Source: Burkholderiales bacterium
GTDB lineage: Bacteria; Pseudomonadota; Gammaproteobacteria; Burkholderiales; SG8-39
Length of the DNA stretch: 64,000 nt
Reading direction: 5' to 3'
Assembly: GCA_035702665.1 (NCBI GenBank)
Contig: DASSQD010000132.1
Span: 1,748-65,747 of the forward strand
Below, one piece after another: positions 50,424 to 60,670 of this stretch. Position numbers and translations under genes: made by a program. Position 1 is the first letter of the stretch. Each line of letters starts with the position of its first letter. The notes under the pieces are model-generated. The model saw nothing but the letters and a program-made list of their open reading frames with translations. It did not search any database and had not been told where the DNA came from.

Positions 50424-50546
50424 GCGCGGCGGTTGCCTCGCGGAAACCGGCACCCAGTTGTAACCGATGTAACCGTGTGCGAACGGCTCCTGCGGATCGA
50501 ACTCCCGTGGTCTAATCGGGTCTTTTGACTATCGGCGGAGGTCCCG

Positions 50547-51113
50547 ATGAGCGGCTTACCTCAGGTGAGGCGCGCGGACAAGTTGATGCCGGAAGCGCGC
50601 GCGCGCGAGGTGCTGGAAAAGGGATTCTGCGGGCGCCTGGCCACGGTGGGCGAGGACGGCTGGCCGTACTGCGTTCCGCTTCTCTACGTCTGCATGGAGG
50701 GCGACATTTTCGTGCACAACACCCGCGCCAGGGGCCATTTGCGCGCCAACGTCGACCACGAGCCGCGCGTGTGCTTCGAGGTGGACGAGCCGGGCGAGGT
50801 ATTCCCGTATGGACGCTTCGAGTGCGACTCGAGCGTGGCGTACGCGAGCGTGGTGGCGTTCGGCCGCATACGGGTGGTGGAGGAACTTCCCGCGCGGCAA
50901 CGTTTCTTTGACGCGCTCATGGCGAAATACGCGAAGGGGAGGTGGAGCGAGCGTCCGAAAGGTTTCTATCCGCGCATCGACCAGATCACGCTGTACGCCA
51001 TCGCGATCGAGCGCCTGAGCGGCAAGGAGACGCCGCTGCCCGAGGCGTCGCAGCGCTGGCCGGCGGCCGACAATACGAAATCGCCGAATGCCTCGGTTGA
51101 GACCGGACCCTAG
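50547..51113 (+). CDS. pyridoxamine 5'-phosphate oxidase-family FMN-binding protein
   Basis: 188 aa. GRLATVGEDGWPYCVPLLYV...IFVHNTRARGHLRANV is typical of the PNPOx-like split-barrel family. Confidence 0.75.
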   Translation: MSGLPQVRRADKLMPEARAREVLEKGFCGRLATVGEDGWPYCVPLLYVCMEGDIFVHNTRARGHLRANVDHEPRVCFEVDEPGEVFPYGRFECDSSVAYASVVAFGRIRVVEELPARQRFFDALMAKYAKGRWSERPKGFYPRIDQITLYAIAIERLSGKETPLPEASQRWPAADNTKSPNASVETGP

Positions 51114-51625
51114 ACCGGCGCGGTGGCGGACTCCCTGAGGTACACCGGCAGGTCGGTCGTCGGGGGCCGCACCCCCGGCACCTGGTACATGAGATCGGCG
51201 ACGAAGCCGCGATGGTAGGTGGTGTGGTTGACGACGTGCAGCAGGATTTCCCCGCGGGTCATGACTCCGGGATTGCCGCCGATCAGCGTGAAGCGGACGC
51301 GCTCGGCGAGCGCGGCATCGGACAGGCCGTCGGCCCAGGCGATGTACCAGTCGTCGATCGCCTGCTGCTTGCGCCACAGCTCCGCAAGCGGCGGATGCCC
51401 CGGCGTGTTGCGAGCGGTGAACCCGTGGTCGCGCCCTTCGAGGTGCGCCTGCCAGATGAGGTCGATGACGTAGTTGTGGTTGAGCGTGTGAACCATGTTC
51501 TTGAAAAGGCTGGGGCGCTGCTTGGTCGCTTCGCCCTCGGGAAGCGCGGCCACCGCCTCGAAAATGAGGTGGTTGGCCCAGCTGTTATAGCGCGCCAGCA
51601 TGCGCGCCGATGGGGGAGTGATCAT
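51110..51625 (-). CDS. DinB-family protein
   Basis: 171 aa. YNSWANHLIFEAV...HTLNHNYVIDLIW...HVVNHTTYHRG (His triad pattern). Confidence 0.8.
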   Translation of the reverse strand: MITPPSARMLARYNSWANHLIFEAVAALPEGEATKQRPSLFKNMVHTLNHNYVIDLIWQAHLEGRDHGFTARNTPGHPPLAELWRKQQAIDDWYIAWADGLSDAALAERVRFTLIGGNPGVMTRGEILLHVVNHTTYHRGFVADLMYQVPGVRPPTTDLPVYLRESATAPV

Positions 51626-51782
51626 GGAGGTCCTCGTCGGGTTTGGAGCCCTCGAATTATGGCACCGGACCGGAGAGCGACCGCGGTCGGGAACGGCGAT
51701 GACGGAATCGGCTGCTTCTCATGTAAGATGAAGAGTTTATAAGGGAAACCGGCACTGCTCCGTCAAGTCTTGGGCCCCAACC

Positions 51783-52625
51783 ATGTCCGCAGCCATGTCT
51801 GTTGCGCAGCGTTTCATACCCTCGACCGGGCGGATCCAGGCCGTGCTGGCGCACCGCGCGCTGCCGACCGCGGCGACCCTCGCCGCGCTGTTGTGGCTGT
51901 GCTGGGCGCTCGCGCAGGGTACCTGGCGGATCCTCCAGCCGGGATCGCCGGCGGTCGTCCGCAGCAGCGACGAGGCGACCGACCTCGGCGTGCTCGCCCG
52001 CTCGCAGCTTTTCGGGGCCGCCCCCGCGAAGGTCGCCGACGAAGCGAGCCTGGCCCCCTCCAATCTGAACATCACCCTGACCGGGGTCGCGGTGGAGCTC
52101 AAGGGCGGCTGCGCCCTGCTCGTCGTCCAGGGGCAACCCGAGTCCGCATTCTGCACCGGCGAAGAGCTGACGCCCGGGGTACGCCTTGACGCGGTGGAAC
52201 GCGACCGCATCGTGATCCTGCGCAACGGCGTACGCGAAGCCGTGATGCTGAAGGACACGGAGAAGACCGCCGCGCTGAATTTGACTCCGCCTTCTCCACC
52301 CATCGTTCAGCCGAGCGGGACCGGCGCGCAACTGGTGGACCGCAGGCAATTGCAGCAGCAGCTCGGCAAGCCGGAGTTCCTGAGCCAGGCCTTGATCGTT
52401 CCCAACGCGGACGGGGGATTCCTGGTGCGGCAGATCCAGCCGGGCAGCCTGTACGAGAAGCTCGGACTGCGGCCGGGCGACGTCATCAAGAACGTGAACG
52501 GCCAGGCGCTCACCAGCATGGACGACGTGATGCGGCTGTACCAGCAGTTCGGCAGCGCGCAGCGCGTGCTCGTGGAGGTGCAGCGCCAGGGACGCACCGA
52601 GACTCTCTACTACGACATGCGCTGA
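51783..52625 (+). CDS. gspC: type II secretion system protein C
   Basis: 280 aa with an N-terminal TM helix and a C-terminal PDZ-like region (GLRPGDVIKNVNGQAL). First gene of the gsp operon. Confidence 0.85.
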   Translation: MSAAMSVAQRFIPSTGRIQAVLAHRALPTAATLAALLWLCWALAQGTWRILQPGSPAVVRSSDEATDLGVLARSQLFGAAPAKVADEASLAPSNLNITLTGVAVELKGGCALLVVQGQPESAFCTGEELTPGVRLDAVERDRIVILRNGVREAVMLKDTEKTAALNLTPPSPPIVQPSGTGAQLVDRRQLQQQLGKPEFLSQALIVPNADGGFLVRQIQPGSLYEKLGLRPGDVIKNVNGQALTSMDDVMRLYQQFGSAQRVLVEVQRQGRTETLYYDMR

Positions 52626-52653
52626 ACGCGGCGCCCAGGACTTCACGACCGTC

Positions 52654-54903
52654 ATGAAAAACAACTATTCGATTGCTGTGCGGGCCCTTGCTGGGGCGCT
52701 TGCCATCGGCGCGCAGATCGCAGCGGCGCAGGCTCCGGGGCAGGGACAGGATGCGCCGCCCGGACAGGGTCCCGAGGGCGAGCAGCAGACGGCGCCGGTC
52801 ACGCCGGCTGCGCCCGCGGCCCCGGCGCCGCGTCTTGCGCCCGGAGCCCGCGGCCCGGGGGCCCCTGCGATACAGCCGCGCGCGGGCGAGGTCCTGCTCA
52901 ATTTCCAGCAGGCGGATCTGCAGGCCGTCGTCAAGGCCATGTCGCAGATGACCGGCCGCAACATGCTGATCGATCCGCGCGTGCGCGGCCAGGTGACCAT
53001 CGTTTCGGCGAGGGCGATGCCGGTCGCGGCCGCGTATCAGGTGTTCCTGTCCGCGCTCAAGGCGCAGGGGTTTACCGCGGTCGAGGGCCCCGGCGATTCC
53101 GTGCGCATCGTTCCGGTGGCGGAAGCGAAGTCCGCCGCGCCGGTGAACGAGCAGGCCGGACCGCCGCGCGGCGGCGAGCAGGTCGTCACGCAGGTCATGA
53201 TCGGGCAGCACGTCGCGGTCGCGCAACTGCAGACCGTGCTGCGTCCCCTGATGTCGCCGACCAGCCAGCTCTCGGTGTACGAGCCGGCGAACGCGCTGAT
53301 CATCACCGACTACGCCGACAACGTGCGCCGGCTGATGCGCATCATCGAGAAGGTCGATCTGCCGACGAGCACCGACGTGACCGTGGTTCCGGTGCAGCAC
53401 GCCTCCGCCGTCGACCTCGCGGAGATGGTCATCCGCCTCTCCGGGACGGGCGTGACCACCCCCGGGGCCGCGCCCGGAGTGCCTCCCTCGCAGCTCGCGG
53501 CGGGCGGCGACCGCTTCTCCGTGGTCGCCGATACGCGCACCAACAGCATCCTGCTGCGCTCCGACAATCCGGGACGCATCGAGCAGCTGCGCACGCTTAT
53601 CAGCAGGCTCGACGTGCCCGCGCGCGCTATGGGCAGCACCCGGGTGATCTATCTCAAGCACGCCGAGGCGACCAAGCTGGTCGAAGTGCTGCGCGGCATG
53701 CTCCAGGCATCGGCTGCCGGGACCCCGGGCGCGCAGGCGGCGCCGGTCGCGGCGCGCCCGGGCGGAGCCGGAGCCGCCGCGCCCTCGCTCATCCAGGCGG
53801 ACGAGGCCACCAACTCGATCATCATCAACGCCTCGGACACCGTCTACAACAACCTGCGCACGGTGATCGAGCAGCTCGACATCCGGCGCGCCCAGGTCTA
53901 CGTCGAGGCGCTGATCGCCGAGATGAACGCCGACCGCACCGACGAGCTGGGCTTCCAGTGGGCCGGGGTCACCGGTGTGGGTCAATCCTCGGTCGGGGGC
54001 TTCACGAATTTTCTCGGCGCCAATCCCAGCCTCGGCGCGGCGGTCGCGAGCCCTGCGACCGCTGCGGCCGCGTCGAACGGGCTGACGCTGGCGGTGCTCG
54101 GCAAGGCGATCACGCTTCCGAACGGCACCACGGTGCAGAGCCTGGGCGCTCTCGCGCGAGCCGTGACCTCGAACCAGCTCGGAAACATCCTGTCCACGCC
54201 GAACCTCCTGACGCTCGACAACTACCAGGCGAAGATCGTCGTCGGCCAGAACGTGCCTTTCGTGACCGGCAGCTTCACCACGACGGCCACCGTCGCCAGC
54301 CCGACGGCCGGCGCGGTGAACCCGTTCCAGACGATCGAGCGAAAGGACGTCGGGCTTATCTTGAGGATCAAGCCGCAGATTTCCGAAGGCTCGACGATAC
54401 GGCTGGAAATTTCCCAGGAGCTGTCGGACATCGCCCCGACGGTGCTCACGGGGGCGTCCGATCTCATCACCAACAAGCGCTCCATCGAGACCAAGGTGAT
54501 CGTCGACGACGGCGCCACCATCGTCCTCGGCGGGCTGATCCAGAACACCCTGAACGAGACCACGCAGGGCGTCCCGCTTCTGAGCGAGATCCCCTTCATC
54601 GGCGCGCTGTTCCGCTTCAAGAGCCAGGAGAAGAAGCGCACCAACCTGATGATCTTCCTGCGCCCGGTGATCGTGCGCGCCCCCGAGGACGCGTACCGCG
54701 TGACCATCGACCGCTACGAATACCTGCGCGGCTACACGCGCGGCGAAGGCCCCGAGCGGGAGAACATCTACGACCGGTTCGAGCCGGTGCCGGCGACCCC
54801 GGCTCCGCCGCCGGCCGCCCCGGCGCCCCCGCCGCTGGCTCCACCGCCCGCCGCGCCCGTCGCTCCGCCGCCGCAAGCGGCGCCCGCGCCGGCGGCGCAA
54901 TAG
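52654..54903 (+). CDS. gspD: type II secretion system secretin
   Basis: 749 aa. Signal peptide, N-domains and a secretin C-domain (VVGQNVPFVTGSF, VPLLSEIPFIGALFR). Pro/Ala-rich segments at both ends. Confidence 0.92.
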   Translation: MKNNYSIAVRALAGALAIGAQIAAAQAPGQGQDAPPGQGPEGEQQTAPVTPAAPAAPAPRLAPGARGPGAPAIQPRAGEVLLNFQQADLQAVVKAMSQMTGRNMLIDPRVRGQVTIVSARAMPVAAAYQVFLSALKAQGFTAVEGPGDSVRIVPVAEAKSAAPVNEQAGPPRGGEQVVTQVMIGQHVAVAQLQTVLRPLMSPTSQLSVYEPANALIITDYADNVRRLMRIIEKVDLPTSTDVTVVPVQHASAVDLAEMVIRLSGTGVTTPGAAPGVPPSQLAAGGDRFSVVADTRTNSILLRSDNPGRIEQLRTLISRLDVPARAMGSTRVIYLKHAEATKLVEVLRGMLQASAAGTPGAQAAPVAARPGGAGAAAPSLIQADEATNSIIINASDTVYNNLRTVIEQLDIRRAQVYVEALIAEMNADRTDELGFQWAGVTGVGQSSVGGFTNFLGANPSLGAAVASPATAAAASNGLTLAVLGKAITLPNGTTVQSLGALARAVTSNQLGNILSTPNLLTLDNYQAKIVVGQNVPFVTGSFTTTATVASPTAGAVNPFQTIERKDVGLILRIKPQISEGSTIRLEISQELSDIAPTVLTGASDLITNKRSIETKVIVDDGATIVLGGLIQNTLNETTQGVPLLSEIPFIGALFRFKSQEKKRTNLMIFLRPVIVRAPEDAYRVTIDRYEYLRGYTRGEGPERENIYDRFEPVPATPAPPPAAPAPPPLAPPPAAPVAPPPQAAPAPAAQ

Positions 54904-54907
54904 ATTC

Positions 54908-56419
54908 ATGGATATGTCGTCCAACACCCTCTCGGCCGACGCGCGCTGCGTCGAGCGGCTGCCTTACGCCTTTGCCAAGCGCCACGGCGTGATCAGCGCC
55001 CGGCAGCTCGACGAGGGCATCGAGCTGTGGGTGCGTCCCGGCGTGAAGGCGAGCGTGCTCGCCGAGGTGCAGCGCGTGCTCGGCGGGCCGCTCGCGCTGC
55101 GCGAGCTGGCCAAGGAGGCCTTCGATGCGGCGCTCGCTCGTGCCTACGAGCGGGGCACCTCGCAGGCGGCGGACATCGTCACCGACCTCGACGCGAGCCC
55201 CGACCTCGCCGCGCTCGCCGAGAACCTGCCCAAGGTCGCCGACCTGCTCGAGAGCGAGGACGACGCGCCCATCGTGCGGCTGATCAACGCGCTGTTCTCG
55301 CAGGCGGTGCGCGAGAACGCCTCGGACATCCACATCGAGGCCTTCGACCGGCGCTCCGTCGTGCGCTTCCGCAGGGACGGAATGCTGCGCGACGTGCTCG
55401 AGCCGCCGCAGGCGGCGCACGGCGTGATCGTTTCGCGCATCAAGATCATGGCGCGACTGGACATCGCCGAGAAGCGCCAGCCGCAGGACGGCCGCATCGC
55501 GCTGCGCCTCGCGGGCCGCTCGGTCGACGTGCGCGTCTCCATCCTGCCGACCGCGCACGGCGAGCGCGTGGTGCTGCGCCTGCTCGACAAGCAGGCGGGC
55601 CGGCTCGATCTCACGGGCCTGGGCATGGCCGACACGACCCTCGCAACGCTCAAGGAACTGATCCGCCAGCCGCACGGCATCATCCTGGTCACCGGCCCGA
55701 CCGGTTCCGGAAAGACCACGACGCTCTACGCCGCGCTCTCGCAGCTCGACGCGAAGCACACCAATATCGTCACGGTCGAGGACCCGATCGAGTACGACCT
55801 CGACGGCGTGGGGCAGACGCAGGTGAATCCACGCATCGACCTGACCTTCGCGCGCGCGCTGCGCGCGATCCTGCGCCAGGACCCGGACGTGGTGATGATC
55901 GGCGAGATCCGCGATCTGGAGACCGCGCAGATCGCGGTGCAGGCGAGCCTGACCGGGCACCTCGTGCTCGCGACGCTGCACACCAACGACGCCGCCGGCG
56001 CGGTGGTGCGGCTGGTCGACATGGGGATCGAGCCCTTCCTCGTCGCCTCGAGCCTGCTGGGCGTTCTCGCCCAGCGCTTGGTGCGCAGGCTGTGCCCGGC
56101 GTGCCGCCGCGCGCACGAGCCGGACGCCGCCGAGCGCGCGCTGCTCGCGAACGGCAACGGCGGCGCCGGGCACATGCTGTTCACCGCGCCCGGCTGCGAG
56201 GCGTGCACCTTCACCGGCTACCAGGGTCGCAGCGGCATCTTCGAGCTGCTCCTGATCGACGACGAGTCGCGGCGCCTCATCCACGGCCGCGCCGCCGAGG
56301 CCGACCTGCGCGACCACGCGCGCGTACGCGGGATGAAAGGCCTGCGCGAGGACGGCATGCGCTGGGTGAAGGCGGGCGAGACCAGTCTCGAGGAAGTGCT
56401 GCGCGTGAGCCGCGAGTAG
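54908..56419 (+). CDS. gspE: type II secretion system ATPase
   Basis: 503 aa. Walker A GPTGSGKTT, Asp/His boxes, tetracysteine CPAC...CEAC. Confidence 0.95.
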   Translation: MDMSSNTLSADARCVERLPYAFAKRHGVISARQLDEGIELWVRPGVKASVLAEVQRVLGGPLALRELAKEAFDAALARAYERGTSQAADIVTDLDASPDLAALAENLPKVADLLESEDDAPIVRLINALFSQAVRENASDIHIEAFDRRSVVRFRRDGMLRDVLEPPQAAHGVIVSRIKIMARLDIAEKRQPQDGRIALRLAGRSVDVRVSILPTAHGERVVLRLLDKQAGRLDLTGLGMADTTLATLKELIRQPHGIILVTGPTGSGKTTTLYAALSQLDAKHTNIVTVEDPIEYDLDGVGQTQVNPRIDLTFARALRAILRQDPDVVMIGEIRDLETAQIAVQASLTGHLVLATLHTNDAAGAVVRLVDMGIEPFLVASSLLGVLAQRLVRRLCPACRRAHEPDAAERALLANGNGGAGHMLFTAPGCEACTFTGYQGRSGIFELLLIDDESRRLIHGRAAEADLRDHARVRGMKGLREDGMRWVKAGETSLEEVLRVSRE

Positions 56420-56438
56420 GTTCGCGCGGATACCGGGA

Positions 56439-57656
56439 ATGTCGGGTTTCGAGTACAGCGCGCTGGACACGGGCGGACGCGAGAAGCATGGCGTCATCGA
56501 GGCGGACACCGAGCGACACGCGCGCACGCTGTTGCGCGAGCGCGGCCTCGCGCCGCTCGCGGTCGAGTCGATCCGCGAGACCGCCGGCCACGCCGGCCTG
56601 CGCGAGCGCTTCACCCGCCCCGGGATGTCGCGCGGCGACCTGGCGCTGGTGACCCGCCAGTTCGCGACCCTCGAGCGCGCCGGCCTCACCATCGAGGAGT
56701 GCCTGAACGTCCTCATCGAGCAGACCGAGGCGGCGGGCGCCCGCAGGCTGCTCGCGGCGGTCCGGGCGCGCGTCCTCGAAGGCCAGTCGCTCTCGCGCGG
56801 CCTCGCCGCGTTTCCCTCGGCGTTTCCCGAGATCTACCGCGCGATGATCGAGGCGGGCGAGCACTCGGGCAAGCTCGGCGAGGTGCTCGAGCGCCTCGCA
56901 GATTTCACCGAGAACCGCGAAAGCCTGCGCAACACCATGCTGACCGCGTTCATCTACCCGGCGCTCGTCACGGTGGTGGCGCTCCTCGTGGTCGGCGGGC
57001 TGCTCGTATACGTGGTGCCGCAGGTAACGCGCGTGTTCACCAACCTCGGCCAGGCGCTCCCGCTGGCGACGCGCATCCTCATCGCGGTGAGCGATTTCGC
57101 CCGCGCGAGCGGTCTCCTGACTCTCGCCGTTCTGGTCGTCGCCCTCGTCGTCTTCCGGCTGCTTCTCCGCGACGAGGGGCGCCGGGCGCGCTGGCACGGA
57201 TTCCTGCTGCGGCTCCCGCTCGTGGGCCGGCTGATCCGGGGCGTGAACGCGGCGCGCTTCGCCGACACCCTGGGGATCCTCACGGGCGCGGGCGTGCCGC
57301 TGCTCTCGTCGCTGCAGTCCGCCGCGGCGGTGGTCACGAACCTCCCGATGAAAGGCGCGGTGGAGGAGGCGGTGCGGCGGGTGCGCGAGGGCGCGGCCCT
57401 GTCGTCCTCGCTCGGCTCGGCGAAGCTCTTCCCGCCGCTCGTCATCCACCTGATCGCCAGCGGCGAAGCCACGGGCCGGCTCGACTCGATGCTCGCGCGC
57501 GCCGCCGAGGCCCAGTCGCGCGAGCTGGAGAACTGGGTGCGAAGGCTGACGGCGCTGCTCGAGCCCGTGCTGATCATCCTCATGGGGATGATCGTCCTGT
57601 TCGTGGTCGTCGCGATCCTGCTGCCGATCTTCGACATGAACACGCTGGTACGATAA
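56439..57656 (+). CDS. gspF: type II secretion system inner-membrane platform protein
   Basis: 405 aa with a duplicated GspF domain (two similar EAGExxGxL blocks) and 3 TM segments. Confidence 0.92.
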   Translation: MSGFEYSALDTGGREKHGVIEADTERHARTLLRERGLAPLAVESIRETAGHAGLRERFTRPGMSRGDLALVTRQFATLERAGLTIEECLNVLIEQTEAAGARRLLAAVRARVLEGQSLSRGLAAFPSAFPEIYRAMIEAGEHSGKLGEVLERLADFTENRESLRNTMLTAFIYPALVTVVALLVVGGLLVYVVPQVTRVFTNLGQALPLATRILIAVSDFARASGLLTLAVLVVALVVFRLLLRDEGRRARWHGFLLRLPLVGRLIRGVNAARFADTLGILTGAGVPLLSSLQSAAAVVTNLPMKGAVEEAVRRVREGAALSSSLGSAKLFPPLVIHLIASGEATGRLDSMLARAAEAQSRELENWVRRLTALLEPVLIILMGMIVLFVVVAILLPIFDMNTLVR

Positions 57657-57683
57657 GGGCCTGCGCACCCCTCCGGAGCCGCC

Positions 57684-58124
57684 ATGGAAAGATTCGCCAG
57701 GACCCTACGCCGCCCGCGCGGCTTCACGCTGATCGAAATCCTCGTCGTCATCACGATTCTGGGCATCATGGCGGCGCTGATCGTGCCGCGCATCATGGAC
57801 CGGCCGGACCAGGCGCGGGCGACGGCGGCGCGCGCCGACGTCAACGCGATCATCGGGGGGCTGAAGCTCTACCGGCTCGACAACGGCACCTACCCGAGCA
57901 ACGAGCAGGGCCTGCTCGCGCTGGTGAAGAAGCCCGACCGCGGCGACATCCCGCGCAACTGGAAGCCGGGCGGATACCTCGAGAAGCTGCCCCAGGACCC
58001 CTGGGGCCACGACTACCAGTACCTCAATCCCGGAATTCGCGGCGAGGTCGACGTCTTCTCCCTGGGCTCCGACGGCCAGCCCGGGGGCGAGGGCTACGCC
58101 GCCGACATCGGCTCGTGGCAGTGA
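57684..58124 (+). CDS. gspG: major pseudopilin
   Basis: 146 aa. Prepilin site RG/FTLIEILVV and the conserved DPWGHDYQY block. Confidence 0.93.
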   Translation: MERFARTLRRPRGFTLIEILVVITILGIMAALIVPRIMDRPDQARATAARADVNAIIGGLKLYRLDNGTYPSNEQGLLALVKKPDRGDIPRNWKPGGYLEKLPQDPWGHDYQYLNPGIRGEVDVFSLGSDGQPGGEGYAADIGSWQ

Positions 58125-58624
58125 TGCGACCGCACTCGGCACGCGGGGGCGCGCGCGGCTTCACGCTGATCGAGCTGCTGGTGGTGGTGCTCATCATCGG
58201 AATCATCGTCGCGCTCGCGGGCGTGCAGCTGATGCGCAGCCCCGGCGAGGCCGTGCGCGACGAAAGCGAGCACCTCGCGCTGCTCCTCAAGACGGCGCGC
58301 GAGGAGGCGATCATGCAGGGACGCGTCTTCGCGTTCGGCGCGGGGCGCGAGTCGTACCGCTTCCTGCGCCTGGAGCGCGACGGCAAGCTCAAGATCACCA
58401 AGGACGACGAGATCCTGCGCCCGCGGCAGCTCACGCTCGGCGTGGCGATCGAATCGCTGCAGCTCGAGGGCGCCGTCGCCGGAGACGGCACGCAGCCGCA
58501 GGGCATCGTGCTGCTGCCGAGCGGCGAGCTGCCCGCGTTCCGCATTCTCCTCGCGGGCGGCGGGGCGCGCTGGAGCGTGGTCGGAACGCCCGACGGCACG
58601 ATACGCGCGGAGGCGGGCTCGTGA
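58124..58624 (+). CDS. gspH: minor pseudopilin H
   Basis: 166 aa from ATG 58124 (ATGA overlap). RG/FTLIELLVV prepilin motif. Assigned by position in the operon. Confidence 0.8.
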   Translation: MRPHSARGGARGFTLIELLVVVLIIGIIVALAGVQLMRSPGEAVRDESEHLALLLKTAREEAIMQGRVFAFGAGRESYRFLRLERDGKLKITKDDEILRPRQLTLGVAIESLQLEGAVAGDGTQPQGIVLLPSGELPAFRILLAGGGARWSVVGTPDGTIRAEAGS

Positions 58625-59079
58625 CCGGCGCGCGGCCTCGGGGCTTCACGCTCGTGGAGATCCTGGTGGCGCTCGCCGTGCTCGCGATCGCGCTCACCGC
58701 GGCGGCGCACAGCCTCGGCGCGGCGATCGACACCACGACCGAGCTGCGCGAGCGGATGCTCGCGCGCTGGGTCGCGGAAGACAGGCTCACGGAGCTCGAG
58801 CTGAAGAGCGAATGGCCCGCCCTCGACACCCAGGAGGGCGACGCGACCATGGGCGGTCGCAAGTTCCACTGGATCCAGGAGACGGGGGTGACGCCCCTCA
58901 CGCGGCTGCGCCGCGTGGTCGTCGGCGTGGTGCTGCCGGGCGGGAAGGTGCCGCTCGTGACCCTCACCGGGTTCGTCGAGCAGACCGGCGCCTCGGTGAC
59001 GACGTCGACTCCGTCGCAGACGGGCGACCTGTCGCAGATGGGCGCGACGCCCGCGCCGCAGGGAGACGCTCCGCGATGA
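58621..59079 (+). CDS. gspI: minor pseudopilin I
   Basis: 152 aa, RG/FTLVEILVA motif. Assigned by position; Thr/Ser-rich C-terminal tail. Confidence 0.8.
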   Translation: MTGARPRGFTLVEILVALAVLAIALTAAAHSLGAAIDTTTELRERMLARWVAEDRLTELELKSEWPALDTQEGDATMGGRKFHWIQETGVTPLTRLRRVVVGVVLPGGKVPLVTLTGFVEQTGASVTTSTPSQTGDLSQMGATPAPQGDAPR

Positions 59080-59687
59080 AGACACGGCGCGGCTTCACCT
59101 TGATCGAGCTGCTGGTCGCGCTGCTCGTCTTCGGCGTCTTCTCGGCGCTCGCGTACGTGGGCCTCGGCCGCCTGCTCGACGGGCGCGCGCGGCTCGAGCA
59201 CGAGCAGCAGACCTGGCAGCAGCTGGCCCAGGTGTTCATGCGCATCTCCGACGACGTCGCGCACGCGCGGCCGCGCCCGGTGCGCGACGAGGCGGGCGTC
59301 GCGCTGCTGCCGGCGTTCGTTGGGCGTCCCTACGACTCGCGCGCGCTCGCGGAGCCGAGCCTGGAACTCACGCGCGGCGGCGAGCTGCATTACGGCGTGA
59401 CGGCGGAATCCGACCTGCGGCGCGTCGCCTACCGCCTCAAGGAAGGGAAGCTGTACCGCATCACCTGGCCGGTGCTCGACCGCGCCCCGGTGACCAAGCT
59501 GCTCGAGGCGCCGCTGATCGGCGACGTCGACACCTTCGAGGTGCGCTTCGCCGATTCGCAGGCGAACACCGTGCCGAACTGGCCGGCGGGAGGCGTCAAC
59601 CCGAACAACCCGCCGCCGGCGATCGAGATCACGCTGGCGGTCAAGGGCGTGGGCAGCTTCAAGCGGCTGTTCCTGGTGAACCGATGA
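59076..59687 (+). CDS. gspJ: minor pseudopilin J
   Basis: 203 aa from ATG 59076 (ATGA overlap), RG/FTLIELLVA motif. Confidence 0.8.
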   Translation: MKTRRGFTLIELLVALLVFGVFSALAYVGLGRLLDGRARLEHEQQTWQQLAQVFMRISDDVAHARPRPVRDEAGVALLPAFVGRPYDSRALAEPSLELTRGGELHYGVTAESDLRRVAYRLKEGKLYRITWPVLDRAPVTKLLEAPLIGDVDTFEVRFADSQANTVPNWPAGGVNPNNPPPAIEITLAVKGVGSFKRLFLVNR

Positions 59688-60670
59688 GGGCCCGCGCCAA
59701 GGCCCAGCGCGGCGTCGCCCTGATCACGGCGGTGATGATCGTCGCGATCGCGGCGGCGGTCGCGGCGAAGATCGCTTTCGCGCACCAGATATGGTTCCGG
59801 CAGATGGAGAACGTCGGCGATCGCGACGCGACCGACCTGCTGCGCCGCGGGGCGCTCCTCTGGGCGAGCGTGGCCCTGCTCGACGACGCCGCGCACAACT
59901 CGATCGACCATCTCGGCGAGCCCTGGGCGCAGGGCCTGCCGACGCTGCCGGTCGACGGCGGGGCGATCCACGTCGCGGTCGAGGATGCGCAGGGGCGGTT
60001 CAACCTGAACAATCTCCTGCTCAACAACCAGCCGAGTGCGCCGGACATCTCGGTGTTCCAGAAGCTCCTCGTCCTGCTCAACCTCGATCCGCTGCTCGCC
60101 AACGCCGTCATCGACTGGATGGATCCGGACAGCAACGTGACTTCGCCCGGGGGCGCGGAGGACGTCGACTACCTCGTCCTCAAGACGCCGTACCGCGCCG
60201 CCAACCAGCCGTTTACGAGCGTTGACGAGCTGCGGCTCGTGCGCGGCTTCGACGAGAAGACGGTGCAGACGCTGCTGCCCTTCGTCACCGTCCTCCCCGC
60301 GGGGGTCAGGACGACGATCAACATCAACACCGCCTCCGCGGTCGTGCTCGCGGCACTGGCGAACCTCGACGTGGCGTGGGGGCAGCGGGTCGCCGAAGCC
60401 CGCCAGTCCAAGCCGATGAACAACGTGAGCGAGCTGACTCCGCAGATGCCCCAGGGCCAGAAGCTCCCGGCCGGGCTGGCGAGCGTCAAGACCGATTTTT
60501 TCCTGATCACGCTGGACACCTCGATCGGGCGCCACCAGCGCCGCACCGTGGCGTTGTTGCAGCGCGCGGGGAACGTCACGAACTGGATCTGGCACCGGCC
60601 GCAGCCCCTGATCGACGCGGTCGGACCCTTGTCGATGAGCGGAACCGATGAAAGCACCCAGCCTCGGTAG
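59684..60670 (+). CDS. gspK: minor pseudopilin K
   Basis: 328 aa. QRGVALITAVMIV N-terminus and the GRFNLNNL motif typical of GspK. Confidence 0.85.
   Translation: MRARAKAQRGVALITAVMIVAIAAAVAAKIAFAHQIWFRQMENVGDRDATDLLRRGALLWASVALLDDAAHNSIDHLGEPWAQGLPTLPVDGGAIHVAVEDAQGRFNLNNLLLNNQPSAPDISVFQKLLVLLNLDPLLANAVIDWMDPDSNVTSPGGAEDVDYLVLKTPYRAANQPFTSVDELRLVRGFDEKTVQTLLPFVTVLPAGVRTTININTASAVVLAALANLDVAWGQRVAEARQSKPMNNVSELTPQMPQGQKLPAGLASVKTDFFLITLDTSIGRHQRRTVALLQRAGNVTNWIWHRPQPLIDAVGPLSMSGTDESTQPR

Noticed and set aside
50485-50520. tRNA T-arm-like string GGATCGAACTCC in the intergenic region before the PNPOx-family gene
   Set aside because: The flanking bases do not form a T-stem or acceptor stem, and no cloverleaf can be drawn. 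It is not a tRNA or a convincing tRNA remnant.
54780-54900. Pro/Ala-rich repetitive DNA at the 3' end of gspD (and similar at 52730-52870)
   Set aside because: This is low-complexity coding sequence (PAPPPAAPAPPP...) within an intact ORF. It is not a tandem-repeat element or a CRISPR-like array.
52510-56716. 805-aa and 699-aa minus-strand ORFs across gspD/gspE
   Set aside because: Antisense to the secretin and the GspE ATPase (Walker A GPTGSGKTT on the plus strand). High-GC artefacts.
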